41,383 nucleotides of DNA from Kiritimatiellales bacterium (GCA_038213895.1 JBBQSL010000005.1:1-41383), one strand, 5' to 3'. Positions 19,359 to 27,477 are shown, counted from the stretch's first letter. Translations and numbers: made by a program. The notes: generated by a model from the sequence alone, not told the origin.

Positions 19359-22300
19359 ATGCAACCATTAGACACCAATCTTTTTCTCGGCCTCTACCGA
19401 CACATGCTCGCATCGCGTAAAGCCGATGTCGTTCAGGAAGACGCCGCCCATCGCGGTGAGGCGTTTTTCTATGTCCCCTCCTCCGGCCACGAGTCGATGG
19501 CGGCACTGGCTCCTCATTTAACGCCGACGGACTGGCTGCACTGCCACTACCGCGACCGCGCGTTGATCCTCGCCCGCGGCGTCACACAAAAAGATCTGCT
19601 ACTCGAACTGCTCGGCAAAACCGGTTCACCCTCCGAGGGTCGCAACATGCCGGGATTTCCCTGTAACCGCCAGCTGAACCTGATCGGCGCCCCAACTGGC
19701 GTCGGCAGCAATACGGTGCAGGCCGTCGGTATCGCGCAGGCGATTAAGAACAGCAGCGACATCGTTTATTGCGGTATCGGCGATGGAGGCACACAAGAAG
19801 GCGAATTTTTTGAAGCCGTAGCCGAAGCCGTCCGCTCGCAGCTTCCCGTACTGTTTGTCGTCCAGAATAATCGTTACGCCCTTTCCACGCTGTCCAAAGG
19901 TCGCACCTTCTTTTCCCTGCCTGACGGCGATGCCAAAGAGTTCTACGGACTGCCGATTCTACGCGTTGATGGTACCGACGCCGTCGCAACACACCGCGTT
20001 TTCGGTGAAGCAGTTTCCAAGATTCGGAAAACCCGCGGCCCGCAGATCGTCGTAATGAATATTGAGCGACTAACCAGCCACACCAACGCCGACGACCATA
20101 CGCTCTACCGCTCCGCCGACGACATTCGGGAAATGCACGAGAAGTCCGATCCAATTTTAAACATCGCTGAGAAGCTGATCGCCGCCGGTATTCCCGAAGC
20201 ACAGCTCAAAGCCATTGAACACGAGGTTAACCAAGAACTTATCGCCGCTTTTGACGCCGCCCGCCGCGCAAAAAATGCCAAAACGGAACTTAGCGCGAAG
20301 AAACCGCTGCCCGCAAAACTGACGGCGGCAGAAAGTGAAAAACGCACGGACGGCGACGCGCTGACCATGCTCGAAGCGATGCGCGCCGTACTCCGCGACC
20401 GGCTCGGTACCGATAAAGATGTCTATCTCTACGGCGAAGATATTGAAGACCCTAAAGGCGATGTCTTCGGCTTAACGCGCGGCCTAAGCACCGCATTCCC
20501 CGGACGGGTTATCAATGCCCCGCTCAGCGAAGCTACCATCGTAGGCGCAGCGATCGGTCAGGCTCTTGTCGGGAAAAAGCCGGTTGCCTGTATCCAATTC
20601 GCCGACTTTATGCTTCCCGCTTTCAATCAAATCGCCGCCGAACTCGGCGCGATATGGTGGCGCACCAATGGACAATGGGAATGCCCCGTTATTTTGATGG
20701 TAATCTGCGGGGCTTATCGTCCCGGACTCGGCCCGTACCACGCACAAACGTTCGACGCAACCTTTGCGCATATTCCCGGTCTCGATGTTTTTATGCCTTC
20801 GACCGCCGCCGATGCCGCCGGTCTGCTCAACGCCTCCTTTGAGTCTGGACGTCCGACCGTATTCCTTTTCCCGAAAAATCTGATCAACGACCGCTCCGTC
20901 ACCGCCTCTGCCGACGCGGCGCAACAATTCGTACCCATCGGCAAAGCGCGCGTCACCCGTCCGGGCCGCGATCTCACTATCGTCAGCTGGGGCAGTACCG
21001 TACCGCTCTGCGAAAAAACAGCCGATGCACTGCAAACTGCTGGCGCGTCTGTCGAAGTAATTGATCTACGCTCGCTCGTTCCGTGGGATCAGGAAGCCGT
21101 TATCGCCTCCGCACAAAAAACAGGAAAATTGCTCGTCGTCCACGAAGACAACCATACCTGCGGATTCGGCGGCGAAGTGCTGGCCACGGTTGCCGAAAAA
21201 GCCAATGTTCCGGTGCAGATGGCGCGCGTCGCTCGGCACGACACCTACATTCCCTATCTCTTTGAAACGCAACTTGAGGTGTTGCCGTCATTCCGCACCG
21301 TACTCGGCAAAGCCGCCGAACTGCTCGACTACTCGCTGACGTGGCGAAAACCGATCGAAGAGGCCGAAGGCTTTGTAACCGTCAACGCCATCGGCTCCAG
21401 CCCGTCGGACAAAACAGTAAAAGTGACCGAACTGCACGTCAAAGTTGGACAAACCGTTAAAGCGGGCGAATTACTCGCTTCCGTCGAGGCCGACAAAGCC
21501 ACGATGGAAATTTCCGCGCCCGCGAGCGGAACCGTCGAAGAGCTCTTCTTGGCTGAAGGCGAGTCAGTAGATGTCGGCACCCCGCTGGCCCGCATCGCTA
21601 CCGAAGAAATCAGTCTCATTAAAAAACCGATTACCAAAGACGATCCCGGCACTCCGGTGCTGGAAAAACGAACGACCCTTGCTCCGCAGAGCGGTAAAAC
21701 CGTTACCGACGAGAGAAAACCGGTATTGATCTCTTCGATTGCCACCGTGCTCGGCTCGCGCCACATCACCAACGAAGAGCTGCTGCAAGGCCATGGAGAA
21801 TGGGATTCTGAGGCGATCCGCTCGCGTACCGGCTGCGAAAACCGTTACTGGATCACCGGCGACGAAAATGTCGAAACGCTGGCGGTCAAAGTCGTGCGCG
21901 ACCTGCTCGAAATGGAAAAACTGACGATTGCCGATATCGACGCACTCGTCTGTTCAACTGGCACCCCGCTAGCCATGACGCCATCGCTCGCCTGTCGCGT
22001 CCTCAAAGAACTCAGCCCCACCAAAGGCGAAGTCCAAATGCAGGCTCACGACATTAGTGCCGCCTGTTCGGGCTACATGTACGCCCTGCAAAACGCCTGT
22101 GACATCTTACGCGACGATCCGACAAAGAAAGTCATCATCATCACCGCCGAAACGCTTTCACCGATGATTAATCACGAAGATCAAAAAACACTGGCGCTCT
22201 TTGGCGATGCGGCGACCGCCTCGTTACTTTCCTGTGAACCGCGCGGCGGCAACGTCAATATTCTGGTGAACCGACCGGTTCTTTCCGCTACCGGCGTGGA

Positions 22301-22682
22301 TGAAAAAGTTCTCTACGTTCCTCACATGGGCAGCGGCAAGGTCATCGAAATGGAAGGACTCACCGTTTTCAAGCTCGCCGTACGCAAGATGATCGACATG
22401 CTCGCCGAAGCCTGCGAAAGCCGAGGCATCGCTGTGGATGCGCTTGATATGATCGTACCGCACCAGGCCAATGAACGAATTATCGAAGCCATTCGTAAAA
22501 CCATCCACTGCCCGCCGGAAAAAATGTTTAACCACATCCGTAAATACGCCAACACCTCGTCGAATACCATACCGTTCGCGCTGGTCGAGCTGATGCCCCA
22601 AATGAAAAAGGACGCACTGGTCGGTCTCACTGCATTTGGTGGCGGCTTCACCTTCGGCGCGGCCGTCATTGAAAAGCAATAA
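19359..22682 (+). CDS. four-domain fusion: 2-oxoacid dehydrogenase E1 alpha (TPP) + E1 beta + lipoyl domain + 3-oxoacyl-ACP synthase III (FabH-like)
   Basis: One uninterrupted 1107-aa ORF. Domains are listed by approximate residue ranges in the 1107-aa ORF. Residues 1-310: E1 alpha ('YRHMLASRKAD', TPP motif 'GIGDGGTQEG', 'VVQNNRYALST'). Residues 330-655: E1 beta ('LYGEDIEDPKGDVFGLTRGL', 'IQFADFM', 'VEVIDLRSLVPWD'). Residues 665-745: lipoyl domain ('VEADKATMEISAPASGTV'). Residues 770-1107: KAS III with a Cys-His-Asn triad ('AACSGYMYAL', 'VPHQANERII', 'ANTSSNTIPFAL', 'GGGFTFGAAV'). Confidence 0.85.
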   Translation: MQPLDTNLFLGLYRHMLASRKADVVQEDAAHRGEAFFYVPSSGHESMAALAPHLTPTDWLHCHYRDRALILARGVTQKDLLLELLGKTGSPSEGRNMPGFPCNRQLNLIGAPTGVGSNTVQAVGIAQAIKNSSDIVYCGIGDGGTQEGEFFEAVAEAVRSQLPVLFVVQNNRYALSTLSKGRTFFSLPDGDAKEFYGLPILRVDGTDAVATHRVFGEAVSKIRKTRGPQIVVMNIERLTSHTNADDHTLYRSADDIREMHEKSDPILNIAEKLIAAGIPEAQLKAIEHEVNQELIAAFDAARRAKNAKTELSAKKPLPAKLTAAESEKRTDGDALTMLEAMRAVLRDRLGTDKDVYLYGEDIEDPKGDVFGLTRGLSTAFPGRVINAPLSEATIVGAAIGQALVGKKPVACIQFADFMLPAFNQIAAELGAIWWRTNGQWECPVILMVICGAYRPGLGPYHAQTFDATFAHIPGLDVFMPSTAADAAGLLNASFESGRPTVFLFPKNLINDRSVTASADAAQQFVPIGKARVTRPGRDLTIVSWGSTVPLCEKTADALQTAGASVEVIDLRSLVPWDQEAVIASAQKTGKLLVVHEDNHTCGFGGEVLATVAEKANVPVQMARVARHDTYIPYLFETQLEVLPSFRTVLGKAAELLDYSLTWRKPIEEAEGFVTVNAIGSSPSDKTVKVTELHVKVGQTVKAGELLASVEADKATMEISAPASGTVEELFLAEGESVDVGTPLARIATEEISLIKKPITKDDPGTPVLEKRTTLAPQSGKTVTDERKPVLISSIATVLGSRHITNEELLQGHGEWDSEAIRSRTGCENRYWITGDENVETLAVKVVRDLLEMEKLTIADIDALVCSTGTPLAMTPSLACRVLKELSPTKGEVQMQAHDISAACSGYMYALQNACDILRDDPTKKVIIITAETLSPMINHEDQKTLALFGDAATASLLSCEPRGGNVNILVNRPVLSATGVDEKVLYVPHMGSGKVIEMEGLTVFKLAVRKMIDMLAEACESRGIAVDALDMIVPHQANERIIEAIRKTIHCPPEKMFNHIRKYANTSSNTIPFALVELMPQMKKDALVGLTAFGGGFTFGAAVIEKQ

Positions 22683-22686
22683 ACCT

Positions 22687-23292
22687 ATGTTACACCCCGA
22701 CACAGAAGTCCGCTGGATCAGCAAAGAAATTGGATGCGGCATTGTCGCTACCCGCGACATTCCCAAAGGCACCATCACCTGGGCTATTGACCCGCTTGAC
22801 CGGCTTTTCAGCCCGCAGCAGGTGACTGAACTTCCAGATCGCTGCCGCGAAACGCTTTTCAAATATTCCTACCGCAACCGGCACGGCGAATACGTCTTCT
22901 GCTGGGACAATACGCGCTTCATGAACCACAGTTTTACGCCCAATTGCATCACCACCGCCTACAACTTTGAACTGGCTGTGCGCCACATTGCCGAAGGCGA
23001 AGAACTAACCAACGACTACGGCTCGCTCAATATTCTGGAACCCTTTCAGGCCTGCGACGAAGGTACCGACCGGAAAGTGGTTTACCCTGACGACATCGCC
23101 CGCCACTACCAGCAGTGGGACAAAAAACTGGAAGGCGCCTTCAAACTGGTGCATCTAGTCGAACAACCGTTACGCGAGATGCTTTCAGCCGAACAGTGGG
23201 AAAAAACCTGTCACATCGCCGAAAAACGCTCCCCGATGGACTCCATCCTCAACTGCCTGCATCGGCCTACCGCGGATTACAAAAAACTGTAG
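22687..23292 (+). CDS. SET-domain protein (putative protein-lysine methyltransferase)
   Basis: 'GCGIVATRDIPKGT', 'FMNHSFTPNC' and 'GEELTNDYG' are SET-domain signatures. Starts 5 nt after the fusion-gene stop. Confidence 0.7.
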   Translation: MLHPDTEVRWISKEIGCGIVATRDIPKGTITWAIDPLDRLFSPQQVTELPDRCRETLFKYSYRNRHGEYVFCWDNTRFMNHSFTPNCITTAYNFELAVRHIAEGEELTNDYGSLNILEPFQACDEGTDRKVVYPDDIARHYQQWDKKLEGAFKLVHLVEQPLREMLSAEQWEKTCHIAEKRSPMDSILNCLHRPTADYKKL

Positions 23293-23390
23293 TTGCGGGC
23301 GTTGACCGCGGATTATTGGCCGCCCTCACCGCGGGCGGCTACAGTAAGAAAATTGCGGCCACATCATTTATTAAAATGTGCTAGCCCCTT

Positions 23391-23422
23391 CGACTTTCAG
23401 ACGTTTAGACTTTCGACTTTCG
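23391..23422 (+). promoter_or_regulatory. duplicated leader/promoter-like element, copy 1 (GACTTTC triplet)
   Basis: CGACTTTCAGACGTTTAGACTTTCGACTTTCG lies 25 nt before the ATG at 23447. A near-identical copy is at 24217-24248. Confidence 0.5.
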
Positions 23423-23446
23423 TTCTTCCTGCTTAGACTCCCCGCT

Positions 23447-24205
23447 ATGAATACTCTCCTGAAAATGATTTTCTGGATTTCGATCCTTACTGTTTTGCTC
23501 TGCGGATGCGATGTGCGGGAGCAGCCGAAAAAAGAGCCTGTCTCAGAAATTCCCGCAATAACCTCGGTGCCACCCGTCAAAACAGAGCAACCCGAAGTAA
23601 CCATTCCGTCCAAACCCGCACTGTCCGACAAACAAACCATCGCGTCCATTCGGGGATTACTTGGCGAACCGGACGGCGAAATGACACTTGGGGAGCGCAC
23701 CATTCTACTGTACAGCGGAGAAGCACTGGAATTTACCAGCGGAAAGTGGACAAACCCTCAGCCAGATATTCAGGAAAAAATTGCAGCTAAGAAAAAGCCC
23801 CTCACTAAACAAGTTGCTGTCCAAGCTGCCCCAGCAGAAAAAAAACCGGCTGTACCGCCTCCGGTTATTGTCAGACCCTTTGCCGCGCCGGTTACCGAAA
23901 ATGACCCAAGCGAATACAGTGCCCTGCTCATTCCCGGGAAAATCACCGTAATCGATTTTTACGCCACTTGGTGCGGACCCTGCAAGCAATTGGCACCCAT
24001 CTTGGACGACATTATCCGCAAACAGCCCAATACAGTTTTGCGTAAAGTCAATATCGGTAACTGGGGCTCCAGTATAGCCAAAAAATACAACATTACCTCC
24101 GTCCCTAATGTCCGTGTATTTGATAAAAATGGCCACATGGTCGGAACGCCGACCTCTCGCCCAGATCAAATAACCAAAAACATAGAAGAGGCTCAGACGC
24201 GGTAG
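23447..24205 (+). CDS. thioredoxin-fold lipoprotein/secreted protein
   Basis: Signal peptide 'MNTLLKMIFWISILTVLLCGC', Pro/Ala/Lys-rich linker, and a C-terminal thioredoxin domain with 'WCGPC'. Confidence 0.7.
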   Translation: MNTLLKMIFWISILTVLLCGCDVREQPKKEPVSEIPAITSVPPVKTEQPEVTIPSKPALSDKQTIASIRGLLGEPDGEMTLGERTILLYSGEALEFTSGKWTNPQPDIQEKIAAKKKPLTKQVAVQAAPAEKKPAVPPPVIVRPFAAPVTENDPSEYSALLIPGKITVIDFYATWCGPCKQLAPILDDIIRKQPNTVLRKVNIGNWGSSIAKKYNITSVPNVRVFDKNGHMVGTPTSRPDQITKNIEEAQTR

Positions 24206-24216
24206 TCCGGAACCGT

Positions 24217-24248
24217 TGACTTTCAGACATTTAGACTTTCGACTTTCA
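24217..24248 (+). promoter_or_regulatory. duplicated leader/promoter-like element, copy 2
   Basis: TGACTTTCAGACATTTAGACTTTCGACTTTCA lies 26 nt before the ATG at 24274. The downstream 'CTTAGAMTCC' is also shared with copy 1. Confidence 0.5.
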
Positions 24249-24273
24249 ACCGTCCCCCTTAGAATCCCAACAC

Positions 24274-25128
24274 ATGAACGACGACTATGAACTGATCGAC
24301 AGCGGCGACGGCCGTAAGCTGGAGCGCTTCGGCGACGTTACTCTCGTCCGCCCTGCCGGACAGGCCGCGTGGCACCAAACTTTGGATGAAGAAGCTTGGC
24401 AGAATATTTCCGCCGGATTCGACCGCGAAGGCGGCAATCGCTGGCATAACCGCCATAACCTGCCCGACAACTGGAAAGTCACCGTCGCCGGTATCACCTT
24501 TAAACTCTCCTCCACCGACTTCGGCCACCTCGGAATTTTCCCCGAACAGAACGTGATGTGGAAATGGATTCGCGAAACGGTTCAGGCGCGAAAAAAAGAC
24601 GGCCTGCCCGTCAACGTACTGAACCTCTTCGCCTATTCCGGCGGCTCGACGATCGCCGCCGCACAGGGCGGCGCAGAAGTCTGCCACCTCGACGCCTCCA
24701 AAGGCATGGTCGAATGGGCACGCGAAAACGCCGCGCTGAACAATTTGCAGGACGCGCCGATCCGCTGGATCGTCGACGACGCCATCGGCTTCCTGCGCCG
24801 CGAAGTGAAACGCGAACGCCGCTACGACGGCATCATCCTCGACCCGCCCTCATTCGGGCGCGGCAAAAAAGGCGAAGTGTTTAAAATTCAAGAAGCACTA
24901 CCCGAACTACTCAACCTCTGCCGCAATTTACTCTCCGAAAATCCGGCGTTCTTGCTGTTAAGCTGCCACACGCCGGAATACTCGCCGATGATTCTAAAAA
25001 ACCTGCTCGCGCAATGGCTCAAGGATTCCGGTGGCACCACCGACTGCGGCGAAATGGCTCTCACCGGCAAACCCGGCGTCATGCCGCTGCCGAGCGGTTC
25101 TTTTGCAAAATGGACGTGTAAAAAATGA
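24274..25128 (+). CDS. class I SAM-dependent methyltransferase (RlmI/YccW-like, PF10672 type)
   Basis: 'LNLFAYSGGSTIAAAQGGA' (SAM motif I) and 'ILDPPSFGRGKKGE' (motif IV, DPPxF). Confidence 0.7.
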   Translation: MNDDYELIDSGDGRKLERFGDVTLVRPAGQAAWHQTLDEEAWQNISAGFDREGGNRWHNRHNLPDNWKVTVAGITFKLSSTDFGHLGIFPEQNVMWKWIRETVQARKKDGLPVNVLNLFAYSGGSTIAAAQGGAEVCHLDASKGMVEWARENAALNNLQDAPIRWIVDDAIGFLRREVKRERRYDGIILDPPSFGRGKKGEVFKIQEALPELLNLCRNLLSENPAFLLLSCHTPEYSPMILKNLLAQWLKDSGGTTDCGEMALTGKPGVMPLPSGSFAKWTCKK

Positions 25129-25526
25129 AAAAGCTGATTTGCATCATTCTTCTGTTAGTAACCGGAGCCTTCTGCGGATTCGCGAGCGGCTCGGCAGAGA
25201 CCGTGTGTGCGTCGGCTTTTGCCAATCGTAAAAGTAATATTCAAGTTTCCGGCGGCGGACAGGTGACAAAAATCCTGTCGGACGATAATGACGGAAGCAG
25301 GCACCAGCGATTCATAATTCGGTTGGCATCTGGGCAGACGTTGTTGGTAGCACATAACATTGATATTGCCGGTCGAGTGCCCGCTCTTGCGGTCGGAGAT
25401 TCCGTCGAGTTCAGTGGCGAATATGAGCGGAATCCGCAAGGCGGCATAATCCACTGGACGCATCACGACCCTCAAGGCAAACATTCAGCCGGATGGATAA
25501 AGTACAAGGGACAGACCTATCAATGA
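25125..25526 (+). CDS. DUF3465 domain protein
   Basis: Signal peptide, then 'DDNDGSRHQRFIIRLASGQTLLVAHNIDIA...GEYERNPQGGIIHWTHHDP'. Start and stop overlap neighbours by 4 nt. Confidence 0.65.
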   Translation: MKKLICIILLLVTGAFCGFASGSAETVCASAFANRKSNIQVSGGGQVTKILSDDNDGSRHQRFIIRLASGQTLLVAHNIDIAGRVPALAVGDSVEFSGEYERNPQGGIIHWTHHDPQGKHSAGWIKYKGQTYQ

Positions 25527-25765
25527 TGACACCATCTGAACATCCATGGGATCCGCTGCACGGCATTACGCTGGAGATGATGCTGAATCATCTGATTGAG
25601 CGGCACGGCTGGGAGGAAATGGGCCAGCGGATTAAAATCCGCTGTTTCCAACTTGATCCGTCGATTAAATCTAGCCTGACCTTTCTGCGCAAAACGCCTT
25701 GGGCTCGGGATAAAGTTGAGAAGTGGTTTATCGCCGACCTGCGCCGCCAGCAGCGCGGCAGATAG
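25523..25765 (+). CDS. VF530-family putative DNA-binding protein (DUF2132)
   Basis: 'HPWDPLHGITLEMMLNHLIERHGWEEMGQRIKIRCF...KTPWARDKVEKWFI'. The ATG overlaps the previous stop (ATGA). Confidence 0.65.
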   Translation: MMTPSEHPWDPLHGITLEMMLNHLIERHGWEEMGQRIKIRCFQLDPSIKSSLTFLRKTPWARDKVEKWFIADLRRQQRGR

Positions 25766-25826
25766 ACGCGTTGGTAGGGATCAGGAAACAGGAATCGTAC
25801 TAATTGCGTGTGAAATTCATCCGGGT

Positions 25827-26187
25827 GGTAGGGATGGTTCGCCGAGCCGTCCGCACGCACGCCAAGCCGACTGATATGAACTTAACTTAATTAGTATTTT
25901 TAACCACCCGCTTCGCTAGAGCCAATTTCGGAGTAAGGCGGAGAACCTCAGGCCATAAACAGAATAGATTTTTACCCACTGGGTACAGTTTATTCCAATC
26001 TTACTTTAACCCTCTGAACCCTCGGAGGTTCCTCTAGCAAAGCGGGTGGTATAAAATCTTTTCCGGACTACGATCAATACGAATCAAATTAATTCCGTAT
26101 GAGCAGGAGAGCCATTCCGCCGTGCGGCGCACCCAGCGGTCGCTCCCTACCCTTTGTTTTTTACCAAACATCATGCGTGATTGGTAT
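25827..26187 (+). repeat. copy 2 of dispersed repeat R (about 135 bp), interrupted by a 225-bp insertion
   Basis: 25827-25874 plus 26101-26187 align end-to-end with the reverse complement of 35132-35265. The intervening 25875-26099 is absent from that intact copy. Confidence 0.75.
25875..26099. mobile_element. MITE-like palindromic insertion (element A), nested inside repeat R
   Basis: Sub-terminal inverted repeats of 19 bp with one mismatch, ACCACCCGCTTCGCTAGAG / CTCTAGCAAAGCGGGTGGT. The termini are imperfect inverted repeats (18/25). The insertion sits exactly at ...CTGA|GCAGG... of repeat R. It may be flanked by a TGA direct repeat. Confidence 0.6.
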
Positions 26188-26288
26188 CGGGCTTCGGTTG
26201 TTTTTGAAAATGGAGCTTAAACGCGCTCGAAGATCGCGTTCCACCAAATCACCTTGGCAGAAAGCCAACTCTACTTCATATTTTGTCT

Positions 26289-26945
26289 ATGAATCTCGAC
26301 GTGCTTTATCACGACAACCATTTGCTGGCGGCGAATAAACCGGCGGGACTGCTGACGCAACCGAGCGGAACGGATAAGGATAATCTCGAAGATCGTTCCA
26401 AGGTTTGGATCAAGGAAACCAAGGGCAAGCCGGGCAATGTGTTTCTGCACGCCGTACACCGGCTTGATCAGGTGGTAAGCGGTATCGTGCTCTTCGCCTG
26501 CACCGATAAAGCACTTTCACGACTGAACGCCGACATGAGGGCGCACCGCTTTACCAAAATTTATCATGCTGTCGTTTCCGGTGTACCGCCGCAAAGCGAA
26601 GATTCACTGCGCCACTTCCTGATGCACGACGATTACCACGCCGAAGTTGCCAAAGAAGACGATCCCGATGCCCGCGAGTGTCTGCTCGACTACAAGGTAC
26701 TGAAGAAATCCGAAAATCAAACGCTGCTGGAAATCCAACTACACACCGGTCGCTATCACCAGATCCGCGCACAACTGGCGGCCATTAGCTGTCCGATTGT
26801 CGGCGACGAGAAATACGGCTCAAAAATAAAACTGCCCGGCGGCGCGATTGCCCTGCATCACGCGCGGCTGACGGTGATTCATCCGGTTAGCAAGGAAGAG
26901 ATCGTCGTAACAGCATCGTACCCAAAGCATTGGATCGAGGTATAA
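26289..26945 (+). CDS. RluA-family pseudouridine synthase
   Basis: The HRLD catalytic motif ('AVHRLDQVVSGIV') and 'TGRYHQIRAQLA'. The tabulated ORF opens with TTG at 26283; the first ATG is at 26289. Confidence 0.8.
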   Translation: MNLDVLYHDNHLLAANKPAGLLTQPSGTDKDNLEDRSKVWIKETKGKPGNVFLHAVHRLDQVVSGIVLFACTDKALSRLNADMRAHRFTKIYHAVVSGVPPQSEDSLRHFLMHDDYHAEVAKEDDPDARECLLDYKVLKKSENQTLLEIQLHTGRYHQIRAQLAAISCPIVGDEKYGSKIKLPGGAIALHHARLTVIHPVSKEEIVVTASYPKHWIEV

Positions 26946-27055
26946 GATCGGTGTCCAACCCTTGTAACGGTTTTCCCAATCATAAAAACGATTCAGTGAC
27001 AGAACTCGGCTTCCCCTGTGATACCTTGCTGAAACATCATTAAACAGGAGTACAA

Positions 27056-27193
27056 ATGGCCAAACCCAATTACACGTTTGAAAAGCGGCAAAGAGACCTC
27101 GCCAAGAAGCGGAAAAAAGAAGAAAAGAGGCTGAAAAAAGCCGGACCACAGGAAGATCCGCCCGCAGATCCTGCCGTGGCCGCTGTCGAATAA
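27056..27193 (+). CDS. hypothetical small basic protein (45 aa)
   Basis: Found by manual translation: MAKPNYTFEKRQRDLAKKRKKEEKRLKKAGPQEDPPADPAVAAVE. An AGGAG ribosome-binding site lies 7 nt upstream. Not in the ORF track because it is under 60 aa. Confidence 0.4.
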   Translation: MAKPNYTFEKRQRDLAKKRKKEEKRLKKAGPQEDPPADPAVAAVE

Positions 27194-27273
27194 TTCAGGA
27201 AACACCGTGATAAAGGTTCTTTCAGAAAGTAAAATAGTGCGATAGGATCGCAAGCAACAAGGAGATATGTGTT

Positions 27274-27477
27274 ATGAGTAAAGGTACAGTAAAGTGGTTC
27301 AATTCGGAAAAAGGTTTCGGCTTCATCACCCCAGATGACGGCGGAAAAGATTTGTTTGTACATCATTCCGAAGTAAAGACCCCCGGGCAGGCTGCTCTTA
27401 ATGACGGCCAGAAGGTGGACTTTGAAGAAGGTGAAGGCAAAAAAGGTCCGTGCGCTAAAAACGTAAAACCTTGCTAA
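27274..27477 (+). CDS. cold-shock protein, CspA family
   Basis: '[15 protein letters not shown]' and 'VHHS' RNP motifs. An AGGAGA ribosome-binding site is present. Confidence 0.9.
   Translation: MSKGTVKWFNSEKGFGFITPDDGGKDLFVHHSEVKTPGQAALNDGQKVDFEEGEGKKGPCAKNVKPC

Noticed and set aside
23293-23345. Hairpin GCCGCCC-TCACCGC-GGGCGGC after the SET gene as a terminator
   Set aside because: It is not followed by a U-tract, so it was left as unannotated secondary structure.
25766-26288. Searched for RNase P, SRP (4.5S) and tmRNA signatures in the 520-bp non-coding region
   Set aside because: The conserved GGAAAGTCCGG, SRP domain IV and tmRNA TCCACCA-end motifs are absent.
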